From a virus (lineage: Duplodnaviria > Heunggongvirae > Uroviricota > Caudoviricetes): a DNA stretch of 15,159 nucleotides. The stretch's first letter is position 1, and each line of letters opens with the position of its first letter. Below are positions 1 to 8,549 of the stretch, piece by piece. The DNA is taken from IMG/VR virus record IMGVR_UViG_2711768072_000011, one strand, 5' to 3'. Under the pieces are notes generated by a model, which searched no databases, was not told the DNA's origin, and worked only from the letters and a program-made list of their open reading frames with translations. The translations under genes were made by a program, and so were the position numbers.

Positions 1-15
1 AGAAACTGACAGGCC

Positions 16-294
16 TCATCGAGTGTGAGGCTGTATGATTCCATGGTTACCTCTGCTTTTTGAACGCATGTCACGTAACTTCTTAATGTGTTCTGCCGTT
101 TCGATCTCTTCTGCTATCCGATCTGCATCAGCTTTATTCACAGGTTCAAAGTCATGATTAAAGCGGAACATGCTGGCGATACATGTTCTGCCTTTTCGGA
201 TGTAGTGAACTTTGTTGTGGGTAGAACGCAGGATTTTGCAGGGAGTGCCGTGGTGGTCGACGTACCAGGTGTTAGGAAAAATGATTCTGAACAT
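16..294 (-). CDS. Hypothetical phage early-left protein, 92 aa, Cys/His-rich (possibly an Ea8.5-like zinc-binding protein)
   Basis: Complete ORF on the same strand as the exo/bet operon; contains several His and Cys in the N-terminal half (HHGTPC...H...H...C). Assignment to Ea8.5 is by size and position only and is not verified. Confidence 0.45.
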   Translation of the reverse strand: MFRIIFPNTWYVDHHGTPCKILRSTHNKVHYIRKGRTCIASMFRFNHDFEPVNKADADRIAEEIETAEHIKKLRDMRSKSRGNHGIIQPHTR

Positions 295-341
295 TTTTAC
301 ACCTCAGTTGGACGATGTTGAAATTTGCTGCTTTGAGGCCA

Positions 342-560
342 TCACAATCCCCATTGTTTGTTCTTAAGTTCGATCTCCTCCTGGCAACTTGCACAAGTCC
401 GACAACCCTGAACGGCCAGGCGTCTTCGTTCATCTATGGGATCGCCACACTCACAACAATGAGTGGCAGATATAACCTGGTGGTTCAGACGACGCATTTT
501 TATTGCTGTATTGCGCTGTAATTCTTCGATTTCTGATGCTGAATCAATGATGTCTGCCAT
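342..560 (-). CDS. TraR/DksA-family C4 zinc-finger protein, 72 aa
   Basis: Translation has a CxxC...(17 aa)...CxxC motif (CECGDPIDERRRLAVQGCRTCASC), which resembles the zinc finger of F-plasmid TraR and of phage-encoded TraR-like RNAP-binding proteins. Same strand and operon context as the Red genes. Confidence 0.6.
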   Translation of the reverse strand: MADIIDSASEIEELQRNTAIKMRRLNHQVISATHCCECGDPIDERRRLAVQGCRTCASCQEEIELKNKQWGL

Positions 561-658
561 CTTCCATTAATCCCTGAATTGTTGGTTAATACGCTTGAGG
601 GTGAATGCGAATAATAAAAAAGGAGCCTGTAGCTCCCTGATGATTTTGCTTTTCATGT

Positions 659-940
659 TCATCGCTCCTTAAAGACGCCGTTTAACATGCCGATCGCCAG
701 GCTTAAATGAGTCGGTGTGAATCCCATCAGCGTTACCGTTTCGCGGTGCTTCTTAAGTACGCTACGGCAAATGTCATCGACGTTTTTATCCGGAAACTGC
801 TGTCTGGCTTTTTTGATTTCAGAATTAGCCTGACGGGCAATGCTGCGAAGGGCGTTTTCTTGCTGAGGTGTCATTGAACAAGCCCCATGTTGGCAAGCAT
901 AAGCACACAGAATATGAAGCCCGCTGCCAGAAAAATGCAT
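659..940 (-). CDS. Hypothetical small early protein (93 aa from the first ATG; alternative start at 874 giving 71 aa)
   Basis: Complete ORF between the TraR-like gene and the orf63-like gene on the operon strand. Neither start has a strong Shine-Dalgarno sequence. Confidence 0.4.
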   Translation of the reverse strand: MHFSGSGLHILCAYACQHGACSMTPQQENALRSIARQANSEIKKARQQFPDKNVDDICRSVLKKHRETVTLMGFTPTHLSLAIGMLNGVFKER

Positions 941-950
941 TCAGTGGTTG

Positions 951-1142
951 TCATACCTGGTCTCTCTCATCTGCTTCTGCTTTCGCCACCATCATTTCCA
1001 GCTTTTGTGAAAGGGATGCGGCTAACGTATGAAATTCTTCGTCTGTTTCTACTGGTATTGGCACAAACCTGACTCCAATTTGAGCGAGGCTATGTGCCAT
1101 CTCGATACTCGTTCTTAACTCAACGGGAGATGCTTTGTGCAT
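951..1142 (-). CDS. Lambda orf63-like small protein, 63 aa
   Basis: 63-aa ORF ([23 protein letters not shown]...) in the position and with the length of lambda orf63, upstream of the orf60a-like gene and exo. Confidence 0.6.
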   Translation of the reverse strand: MHKASPVELRTSIEMAHSLAQIGVRFVPIPVETDEEFHTLAASLSQKLEMMVAKAEADERDQV

Positions 1143-1297
1143 ACAGCTCCCCGTTTATTATTTATCTCCTCAGCCAGCCGCTGTGCTTTCAGGGGATTTC
1201 GGATAACAGAAAGGCCGGGAAATACCCAGCCTCGCTTTGTAACGGAGTAGACGAAAGTGATCGCGCCTACCCGGATATTATCGTGAGGATGCTTCAT
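1115..1297 (-). CDS. Lambda orf60a-like small protein, 60 aa
   Basis: ORF 1115..1303 contains [19 protein letters not shown]...; starting at the second Met gives 60 aa, with the start overlapping the exo stop, as in lambda. Confidence 0.55.
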   Translation of the reverse strand: MKHPHDNIRVGAITFVYSVTKRGWVFPGLSVIRNPLKAQRLAEEINNKRGAVCTKHLPLS

Positions 1298-1974
1298 CGC
1301 CATTGCTCCCCAAATACAAAACCAATTTCAGCCAGTGCCTCGTCCATTTTTTCGATGAACTCCGGCACCATCTCGTCAAAACTCGCCATGTACTTTTCAT
1401 CCCGCTCAATCACGACATAATGCAGGCCTTCACGCTTCATACGCGGGTCATAGTTGGCAAAGTACCAGGCATCTTTTCGTATCACCCACATGCTGTACTG
1501 CACCTGGGCCATGTAAGCCGATTTTATGGCCTCGAAACCACCGAGCCGGAACTTCATGAAATCCCGTGAGGTAAACGGGCATTTCAGTTCAAGGCCATTG
1601 CCGTCACTGCATAAACCATCGGGAGAGCAGGCGGTGCGCATACTTTCGTCGCGATAGATGATCGGGGATTCAGTAACATTCACGCCGGAAGTGAACTCAA
1701 AGAGGGCTCTGGCGTCGTTCTCGTACTGTTTTCCCCAGGCCAGCGCCTTAGCGTTAACTTCCGGAGCCACACCGGTGCAAACCTCGGCAAGCAGGGTGTG
1801 GAAGTAGGACATTTTCATGTCAGGCCATTTCTTTCCGGAGCGGGGTTTTGCTATCACATTGTGAACTTCTGAAGCGGTGATGACGCCGAGCCGTAATTTG
1901 TGCCACGCATCATCCCCCTGTTCGACAGCTCTCACGTCGATCCCGGTACGCTGCAGGATAATGTCCGGTGTCAT
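1294..1974 (-). CDS. exo: Lambda exonuclease (Red alpha), 226 aa
   Basis: 226-aa translation [44 protein letters not shown]... matches lambda Exo over its full length as I recall it. Its start overlaps the bet stop (ATGA-type coupling). Confidence 0.95.
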   Translation of the reverse strand: MTPDIILQRTGIDVRAVEQGDDAWHKLRLGVITASEVHNVIAKPRSGKKWPDMKMSYFHTLLAEVCTGVAPEVNAKALAWGKQYENDARALFEFTSGVNVTESPIIYRDESMRTACSPDGLCSDGNGLELKCPFTSRDFMKFRLGGFEAIKSAYMAQVQYSMWVIRKDAWYFANYDPRMKREGLHYVVIERDEKYMASFDEMVPEFIEKMDEALAEIGFVFGEQWR

Positions 1975-2756
1975 GCAGCCACCTTCTGTTCAGAGGCTTT
2001 CTGTTTCAGGAATCCAAGAGCTTTCACTGCTTCGGCCTGTGTCAGTTCCGACGATGCGCGAATGTCGCGGCGAAATATCTGGGAACAGAGCGGCAATAAG
2101 TCGTCATCCCATGTTTTGTCCAGGGCAATCAGCAGAGTGTTAATCTCCTGCATGGTTTCATCGTTAACCGGAGTGATGTCGCGTTCCGGCTGACGTTCTG
2201 CAGTGTATGCGGTATTTTCGACAATGCGCTCGGCTTCATCCTTGTCATAGATACCCGCAAATCCGAAGGCGAGACGGGCACACTGAATCATGGCTTTATG
2301 CCGTAACATCCGTTTAGGATGCGACTGCCACGGCCCCGTGATTTCTCTGCCTTCACGGGTTTTGAATGGTTCGCGGCGGCATTCATCCATCCACTCGGTA
2401 ACGCAGATCGGATGATTACGGTCCTTGCGGTAAATCCGGCATGTGCAGGATTCATTGTCCTGCTCAAAGTCCATGCCATCAAACTGCTGGTTTTCATTGA
2501 TGATGCGGGACCAGCCATCAACGCCCACCACCGGAACGATGCCGTTCTGCTTATCAGGGAAGGCGTAAATTTCTTTCGTCCACGGATTAAGGCCGTACTG
2601 GTTGGCAACGATCAGTAATGCGATGAACTGCGCATCGCTGGCATCACCTTTAAATGCCGTCTGGCGAAGAGTGGTGATCAGTTCCTGTGGGTCGACAGAA
2701 TCCATGCCGACACGTTCAGCCAGCTTCCCAGCCAGCGTTGCGAGTGCTGTACTCAT
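1971..2756 (-). CDS. bet: Red beta single-strand annealing protein (Bet), 261 aa
   Basis: 261-aa translation [66 protein letters not shown]... matches lambda Bet. Gene order exo-bet-gam is as in lambda. Confidence 0.95.
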   Translation of the reverse strand: MSTALATLAGKLAERVGMDSVDPQELITTLRQTAFKGDASDAQFIALLIVANQYGLNPWTKEIYAFPDKQNGIVPVVGVDGWSRIINENQQFDGMDFEQDNESCTCRIYRKDRNHPICVTEWMDECRREPFKTREGREITGPWQSHPKRMLRHKAMIQCARLAFGFAGIYDKDEAERIVENTAYTAERQPERDITPVNDETMQEINTLLIALDKTWDDDLLPLCSQIFRRDIRASSELTQAEAVKALGFLKQKASEQKVAA

Positions 2757-2761
2757 CCGTT

Positions 2762-2873
2762 TTATACCTCTGAATCAATATCAACCTGGTGGTGAGCAAT
2801 GGTTTCAACCATGTACCGGATGTGTTCTGCCATGCGCTCCTGAAACTCAACATCGTCATCAAACGCACGGGTA
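2762..2873 (-). pseudogene. gam: gam remnant: only the 3' end (about 35 C-terminal codons) of the Gam gene
   Basis: Reverse-complement translation from the stop at 2762-2764 gives ...[36 protein letters not shown], the Gam C-terminus. Homology stops near 2868-2874, where IS2 sequence begins, and there is no start codon. Confidence 0.8.
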
Positions 2874-3566
2874 TGGGCGCTGCTTCGCAGACAGGCAGAA
2901 CTTGATGGTATGCCTGCGATCAATGCCAAACGTGTTTACCGGATCATGCGCCAGAATGCGCTGTTGCTTGAGCGAAAACCTGCTGTACCGCCATCGAAAC
3001 GGGCACATACAGGCAGAGTGGCTGTGAAAGAAAGTAATCAGCGATGGTGCTCTGACGGGTTCGAGTTCCGCTGTGATAACGGAGAAAAACTGCGAGTCAC
3101 GTTCGCGCTGGACTGCTGTGACCGTGAGGCACTGCACTGGGCGGTCACTACGGGCGGCTTCAACAGTGAAACAGTACAGGACGTCATGCTGGGAGCGGTG
3201 GAACGCCGCTTCGGCAACGAGCTTCCGGCGTCTCCAGTAGAGTGGCTGACGGATAATGGTTCATGCTACCGGGCTAATGAAACACGGCAGTTTGCCCGGA
3301 TGTTGGGGCTTGAACCGAAGAGCACGGCGGTGCGGAGTCCGGAGAGTAACGGCATAGCAGAGAGCTTCGTGAAAACGATAAAGCGTGACTACATCAGTGT
3401 CATGCCCAAACCAGACGGGTTAACGGCAGCAAAGAACCTTGCAGAGGCGTTCGAGCATTATAACGAATGGCATCCGCATAGTGCACTGGGTTATCGCTCG
3501 CCACGGGAATATCTACGGCAGCAAGCCAGTAATGGGTTAAGTGATAACAGGTGTCTGGAAATATAG
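2868..3566 (+). pseudogene. insD: Truncated IS2 transposase InsD (OrfB), N-terminal part missing
   Basis: The frame is continuous from the gam/IS2 junction through the listed 2910..3566 ORF. The Met at 2910 is internal to InsD and not a real start. The expected upstream insC and frameshift window are absent. Confidence 0.8.
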
Positions 3567-3577
3567 GGGCAAATCCA
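2868..3577 (+). mobile_element. Partial IS2 (right-hand ~0.7 kb: 3' part of insD plus right terminal repeat); left half including insC is missing
   Basis: Plus-strand translation from the junction reads ...[47 protein letters not shown]... to ...[11 protein letters not shown], the C-terminal ~230 residues of IS2 InsD. The sequence then ends in ...TAGGGGCAAATCCA, which I recall as the IS2 right terminus, directly followed by emrE-internal sequence. Confidence 0.85.
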
Positions 3578-3821
3578 ATGGCCATCTGTTGGTACAATTA
3601 TTTGTTATTGTGCATCATTCTGGTTATTAGCTCAGACGCTGGCTTATATTCCTACAGGGATTGCTTATGCTATCTGGTCAGGAGTCGGTATTGTCCTGAT
3701 TAGCTTACTGTCATGGGGATTTTTCGGCCAACGGCTGGACCTGCCAGCCATTATAGGCATGATGTTGATTTGTGCCGGTGTGTTGATTATTAATTTATTG
3801 TCACGAAGCACACCACATTAA
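3578..3821 (+). pseudogene. emrE: emrE 3' fragment (small multidrug resistance transporter), first ~33 codons replaced by IS2
   Basis: The frame reads WPSVGTIICYCASFWLLAQTLAYIPTGIAYAIWSGVGIVLISLLSWGFFGQRLDLPAIIGMMLICAGVLIINLLSRSTPH*, which is EmrE from about residue 31 to the C-terminus. There is no start codon, and the IS2 end lies immediately upstream. Confidence 0.85.
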
Positions 3822-3851
3822 AATAATTTGTTTCTAAACGACTAAAATATG

Positions 3852-3892
3852 GAGGCTCTTATATTTATATGAGCCTCGTTTTATGCTTTTTG
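3852..3892 (+). terminator. Putative rho-independent terminator downstream of emrE
   Basis: Inverted repeat GAGGCTC (3853-3859) / GAGCCTC (3871-3877) with an AT-rich loop, followed by GTTTTATGCTTTTTG. Confidence 0.5.
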
Positions 3893-4076
3893 TTAATGTC
3901 TTTATTTTTTATGTATTCTTTTGTGCTTTCAAGATTATGGCGTAAGAAAATTGCAATACGATTATTGTTGTATATTCAAGATAATGTGACCTTAATTGTC
4001 TTTTTAAATAAAAAATAAACAAAAAATTATATCCCACCACTAAGGTTTATAAAAGCATACGTTAGCAGGTGTCACC

Positions 4077-5603
4077 ATGAAAAAAGCCATAGCATATATG
4101 CGATTTTCATCACCAGGTCAGATGTCTGGCGACTCATTAAACCGACAGAGAAGACTTATTGCTGAATGGTTAAAGGTAAATAGTGATTATTATCTTGATA
4201 CCATAACATATGAAGATTTAGGATTAAGTGCATTCAAAGGAAAGCATGCACAATCAGGAGCTTTTTCGGAATTTTTAGATGCTATAGAGCATGGTTATAT
4301 ATTGCCAGGAACTACATTGTTAGTTGAAAGTCTGGACAGACTTTCAAGAGAAAAAGTCGGTGAAGCGATTGAACGTCTGAAATTGATTTTGAATCACGGT
4401 ATTGATGTTATAACTCTTTGCGACAATACAGTCTATAATATTGACTCTTTGAATGAGCCATATTCATTAATAAAAGCCATACTTATAGCACAAAGGGCAA
4501 ATGAAGAAAGCGAGATAAAGTCAAGTCGGGTTAAATTATCATGGAAGAAAAAACGGCAGGATGCACTGGAATCAGGTACGATTATGACGGCGTCTTGTCC
4601 GAGATGGCTCTCCTTAGATGACAAAAGAACGGCTTTTGTTCCAGACCCCGACAGGGTGAAAACTATTGAGCTAATTTTTAAACTCAGGATGGAAAGGCGC
4701 TCATTGAATGCAATAGCCAAGTATTTAAATGATCATGCTGTAAAGAATTTCTCAGGAAAAGAAAGTGCATGGGGACCTTCTGTAATTGAAAAATTATTAG
4801 CGAATAAAGCTCTGATAGGTATATGCGTACCTTCATATCGTGCAAGAGGGAAAGGGATAAGTGAAATCGCTGGCTATTATCCCAGAGTCATATCAGATGA
4901 TTTGTTTTACGCTGTACAGGAAATTCGGTTGGTACCTTTTGGTATTAGCAATAGTAGCAAGAATCCTATGCTAATAAATCTACTTCGAACAGTTATGAAG
5001 TGTGAGGCTTGTGGTAATACCATGATTGTTCATGCGGCATCTGGAAGTTTGCATGGCTATTATGTTTGTCCGATGAGAAGATTACATCGATGTGACAGGC
5101 CATCAATAAAAAGAGATTTGGTTGATTATAATATCATTAATGAATTGCTTTTTAATTGTAGCAAAATTCAACCAGTTGAAAACAAGAAAGATGCTAATGA
5201 AACTTTAGAGTTAAAAATTATTGAGCTTCAGATGAAAATTAATAATTTAATCGTTGCATTGTCTGTCGCGCCTGAAGTTACCGCTATAGCAGAGAAAATA
5301 AGACTATTAGATAAGGAATTACGAAGGGCTTCGGTATCATTGAAAACTTTGAAGAGTAAAGGTGTAAATTCATTCAGTGATTTTTATGCTATTGACTTAA
5401 CCAGTAAAAATGGACGAGAGTTATGCCGTACACTTGCCTATAAAACATTCGAAAAAATCATAATTAATACGGATAATAAAACCTGTGATATCTATTTTAT
5501 GAATGGCATTGTTTTTAAACACTATCCTTTAATGAAAGTAATATCCGCCCAGCAGGCGATAAGTGCTCTCAAATATATGGTTGATGGTGAGATTTATTTC
5601 TAA
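4077..5603 (+). CDS. ybcK: Large serine recombinase (resolvase/invertase-type catalytic domain, recombinase domain and zinc ribbon), 508 aa
   Basis: N-terminus AYMRFSSPGQ...LLVESLDRLSREK resembles the serine-recombinase catalytic motifs. A C-terminal Cys cluster (CEACGNT...YYVCPMRRLHRC) fits a zinc ribbon. Length and sequence fit DLP12 YbcK. AT-rich codon usage. Confidence 0.85.
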   Translation: MKKAIAYMRFSSPGQMSGDSLNRQRRLIAEWLKVNSDYYLDTITYEDLGLSAFKGKHAQSGAFSEFLDAIEHGYILPGTTLLVESLDRLSREKVGEAIERLKLILNHGIDVITLCDNTVYNIDSLNEPYSLIKAILIAQRANEESEIKSSRVKLSWKKKRQDALESGTIMTASCPRWLSLDDKRTAFVPDPDRVKTIELIFKLRMERRSLNAIAKYLNDHAVKNFSGKESAWGPSVIEKLLANKALIGICVPSYRARGKGISEIAGYYPRVISDDLFYAVQEIRLVPFGISNSSKNPMLINLLRTVMKCEACGNTMIVHAASGSLHGYYVCPMRRLHRCDRPSIKRDLVDYNIINELLFNCSKIQPVENKKDANETLELKIIELQMKINNLIVALSVAPEVTAIAEKIRLLDKELRRASVSLKTLKSKGVNSFSDFYAIDLTSKNGRELCRTLAYKTFEKIIINTDNKTCDIYFMNGIVFKHYPLMKVISAQQAISALKYMVDGEIYF

Positions 5604-6067
5604 ATAATGATCTCGGATTTTAAGTTATGCTATGGTGATAAAGTGCAAGACAGAATTAATTATCTTTGACGAAACTTAATGGGTAATTACTTTGTTTGCT
5701 CCCACAAGCGAGTTTTGTACGGCTGTATTGGGGTAGTAAATGAGCTATACAATCTTAATCATTTGTTAGGTGAGAACTCTTGGTCGCAGATTCAAATACT
5801 GAAAATACGTGACAAATTATTATGAGCAAAATGGTGTATGTCACGTATTTTGAATGGTAGGTTAAAAAATAACACCGACTTTCGTAGGTATTACTAATAA
5901 TAAAGCAGAGTTTTTAGATAGTATCAATGTGCTTTGTGTATATTGTGGCAAATAATTGGGTTGGGGGTACAATTGTGATTGCTTTTGCATGAACATTGCG
6001 CCTTTATGCATAATGAGATAAAGGAATATCAAATAAAATAACGATAGGTCATAACAAAGAGGTTTTT

Positions 6068-6619
6068 ATGAAAACACTTATCGTTTCAACTGTATTGGCA
6101 TTCATAACATTTTCTGCGCAGGCTGCAGCATTTCAGGTCACTAGTAATGAAATAAAAACAGGAGAGCAACTTACAACGTCTCATGTCTTTTCTGGATTTG
6201 GGTGTGAAGGTGGTAATACATCGCCCTCATTAACCTGGTCTGGTGTTCCTGAAGGTACCAAAAGCTTTGCCGTAACTGTATATGATCCAGATGCACCTAC
6301 AGGCAGTGGTTGGTGGCATTGGACTGTTGTTAATATTCCAGCAACAGTAACATATTTGCCCGTTGATGCAGGGAGACGTGATGGAACAAAACTGCCGACT
6401 GGTGCTGTTCAAGGCCGAAATGATTTTGGCTATGCTGGGTTTGGTGGCGCATGTCCTCCTAAAGGAGATAAACCACATCATTACCAGTTTAAAGTATGGG
6501 CTCTAAAAACTGAAAAGATTCCTGTAGATTCTAACTCCAGCGGAGCGTTAGTTGGTTATATGCTTAATGCTAATAAAATCGCAACCGCTGAGATAACACC
6601 AGTTTATGAGATAAAGTAG
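6068..6619 (+). CDS. ybcL: Periplasmic PEBP/RKIP-family (UPF0098) protein with signal peptide, 183 aa
   Basis: N-terminal signal peptide (MKTLIVSTVLAFITFSAQA) and conserved PEBP-like segments (DPDAP...WWHW...GACPPKGDKPHHYQF). Matches DLP12 YbcL in length and sequence as I recall it. Confidence 0.85.
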   Translation: MKTLIVSTVLAFITFSAQAAAFQVTSNEIKTGEQLTTSHVFSGFGCEGGNTSPSLTWSGVPEGTKSFAVTVYDPDAPTGSGWWHWTVVNIPATVTYLPVDAGRRDGTKLPTGAVQGRNDFGYAGFGGACPPKGDKPHHYQFKVWALKTEKIPVDSNSSGALVGYMLNANKIATAEITPVYEIK

Positions 6620-6628
6620 GGTGAGAGT

Positions 6629-7426
6629 ATGCTGGCAAGAGGTAAGACTAACTTAAAGATCGAAGAAATACGGATGCATAAACATCATGAGATTCATAGG
6701 GTTAAGCCTCTTATGCCAGCTTTGTGTCGTATCCGTCAGGGAAAGAAAGTTATCAATTGGGAGACGCATACTTTAACTGTTGATAATAATCAAATAATAT
6801 TATTTCCTTGTGGTTATGAATTTTATATTGAGAATTATCCTGAAGCAGGGCTTTATCTTGCAGAAATGCTTTACTTACCCATTGATTTAATTGAGAGTTT
6901 CCAAAAACTTTATACGGTAACTGATCAAATACGTAACAAAACAAGTTTCTTTTTACCTCAGAATCCTGAGTTAATATATTGTTGGGAGCAACTAAAAACA
7001 TCTGTTTCCCGAGGCTTCTCAACTAAAATTCAGGAGCACTTAGCAATGGGCGTTCTACTTTCGTTAGGAGTGAATCATGTTAATCATTTACTTTTATCAT
7101 ATAGTAAACAATCATTGATAAGTCGTTGTTATAACCTGCTGCTATCCGAACCCGGCACAAAATGGACAGCAAACAAGGTTGCTCGATATCTCTACATTTC
7201 TGTTTCTACATTACATCGCCGTCTAGCAAGCGAGGGGGTAAGTTTCCAAAGTATACTGGACGATGTGAGGTTAAATAATGCGTTGTCTGCTATACAAACG
7301 ACGGTAAAACCTATAAGCGAGATTGCCAGAGAAAATGGTTATAAGTGTCCTTCTCGTTTTACTGAAAGATTTCATAATCGTTTTAATATAACACCAAGAG
7401 AGATAAGAAAAGCTTCCAGAGAGTAA
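6629..7426 (+). CDS. ybcM: AraC/XylS-family transcriptional regulator, 265 aa
   Basis: C-terminal helix-turn-helix region typical of AraC family ([21 protein letters not shown]...[31 protein letters not shown]). AG-rich ribosome-binding site upstream. Position and length fit DLP12 ybcM. Confidence 0.8.
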
Positions 7427-7542
7427 AAGTGTTTTAAGAAGGAGCAATTCTATCGATTTTGATTTTGGGAAATCAACACGGCATAATTATGTCACCGGAG
7501 CCTGAACAACTCCGGTGACTTCTGCGCTAAACGGGGACGTTT

Positions 7543-7644
7543 ATGCGCACATACAATCCAAACTATCTTCTCCTTTCACAGATGCAGAAATGCACCTGCA
7601 ATTCTTTGCATCTAGCGTTTGACCTCTGCGGAGGTGAAGCGTGA
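7543..7644 (+). CDS. ylcH: Small ORF, 33 aa (ylcH-like), with its stop overlapping the ybcN start
   Basis: ATG at 7543 to TGA at 7642-7644 encodes [33 protein letters not shown]. Position corresponds to the small ylcH gene of DLP12. No clear ribosome-binding site, so low confidence. Confidence 0.3.
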   Translation: MRTYNPNYLLLSQMQKCTCNSLHLAFDLCGGEA

Positions 7645-8096
7645 ACCTCCCACAAGACGGCATCAAATTACATCGCGGCAACTTCACCGCTATCGGCCAG
7701 CAGATCCAGCCTTATCTGGAGGAAGGCAAATGCTTTCGCATGGTGCTTAAACCGTGGCGCGAGAGACGCAGTCTTTCCCAGAATGCACTCAGCCACATGT
7801 GGTACAGCGAAATCAGTGAATACCTCATCAGCAAGGGTAAAACGTTCGCTACTCCAGCTTGGGTAAAAGATGCTCTCAAACACACATATCTCGGTTATGA
7901 AACCAAAGACCTGGTTGATGTCGTAACCGGTGATATCACCACTATCCAGTCGTTACGCCATACCTCCGATCTTGATACCGGAGAGATGTATGTCTTCCTG
8001 TGTAAGGTTGAAGCCTGGGCGATGAATATTGGTTGCCACCTGACTATTCCACAGAGCTGCGAGTTTCAGCTGCTGCGCGACAAGCAGGAGGCGTAA
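7641..8096 (+). CDS. ybcN: NinB/Orf-family recombination protein (YbcN, DNA base-flipping protein), 151 aa, GTG start
   Basis: GTG start preceded by GGAGGTG. Contains the NinB-like RxRSLSQN motif. Length and sequence fit DLP12 YbcN. First gene of the nin-like block. Confidence 0.8.
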   Translation: MNLPQDGIKLHRGNFTAIGQQIQPYLEEGKCFRMVLKPWRERRSLSQNALSHMWYSEISEYLISKGKTFATPAWVKDALKHTYLGYETKDLVDVVTGDITTIQSLRHTSDLDTGEMYVFLCKVEAWAMNIGCHLTIPQSCEFQLLRDKQEA

Positions 8097-8266
8097 TGGC
8101 TACACCGCTTATTCGTGTCATGAACGGACACATCTACAGAGTACCAAATCGTCGTAAGCGTAAACCTGAGCTGAAGCCATCCGAAATACCAACACTGCTC
8201 GGATATACCGCCAGCTTGGTTGATAAAAAATGGTTGCGACTGGCAGCAAGGAGGAGTCATGGCTGA
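8096..8266 (+). CDS. ninE: NinE-family small protein, 56 aa
   Basis: ATG overlaps the ybcN stop (TAATG) and follows an AGGAGG ribosome-binding site. Translation [56 protein letters not shown]. Confidence 0.7.
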   Translation: MATPLIRVMNGHIYRVPNRRKRKPELKPSEIPTLLGYTASLVDKKWLRLAARRSHG

Positions 8267-8549
8267 TTTGAGAAAAGCAGCGCGTGGTCGGGAATGCCAG
8301 GTAAGAATCCCTGGCGTATGTAATGGCAACCCTGAAACGTCTGTACTGGCACATATCCGGCTGGCTGGATTGTGCGGTACCGGTATCAAACCGCCAGACC
8401 TGATTGCCACCATTGCATGTTCTGCCTGCCACGACGAAATCGACCGCCGCACACATTTTGTCGATGCTGCATATGCAAAAGAATGCGCGCTGGAAGGTAT
8501 GGCGAGAACACAGGTTATCTGGCTGAAAGAGGGGGTTATTAAGGCGTGA
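8259..8549 (+). CDS. ybcO: DUF1364-family putative nuclease YbcO, 96 aa
   Basis: Start [14 protein letters not shown]... is preceded by a strong AAGGAGG ribosome-binding site. Cys/His-rich (C..C...H...C..C..H). Overlaps the ninE 3' end and the rusA start. Confidence 0.75.
   Translation: MADLRKAARGRECQVRIPGVCNGNPETSVLAHIRLAGLCGTGIKPPDLIATIACSACHDEIDRRTHFVDAAYAKECALEGMARTQVIWLKEGVIKA

Noticed and set aside
2602-3027. 141-aa plus-strand ORF spanning the gam/IS2 junction
   Set aside because: A chimeric frame that runs antisense through the gam remnant and out of frame into IS2; not a real gene.
2910-3566. 218-aa ORF as an intact transposase
   Set aside because: The Met at 2910 is internal to IS2 InsD. 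The upstream ~85 codons of insD, all of insC and the left IS2 end are missing, so it is annotated as a truncated pseudogene.
3578-3821. emrE as a functional efflux gene
   Set aside because: Only the C-terminal ~80 codons are present. The N-terminal part including the first transmembrane helix (with the essential Glu14) is replaced by the IS2 end, and no in-frame start exists.
4433-7022. Minus-strand ORFs within ybcK, ybcL and ybcM (95, 83 and 89 aa)
   Set aside because: Antisense to well-supported genes in AT-rich DNA, where chance ORFs are common.
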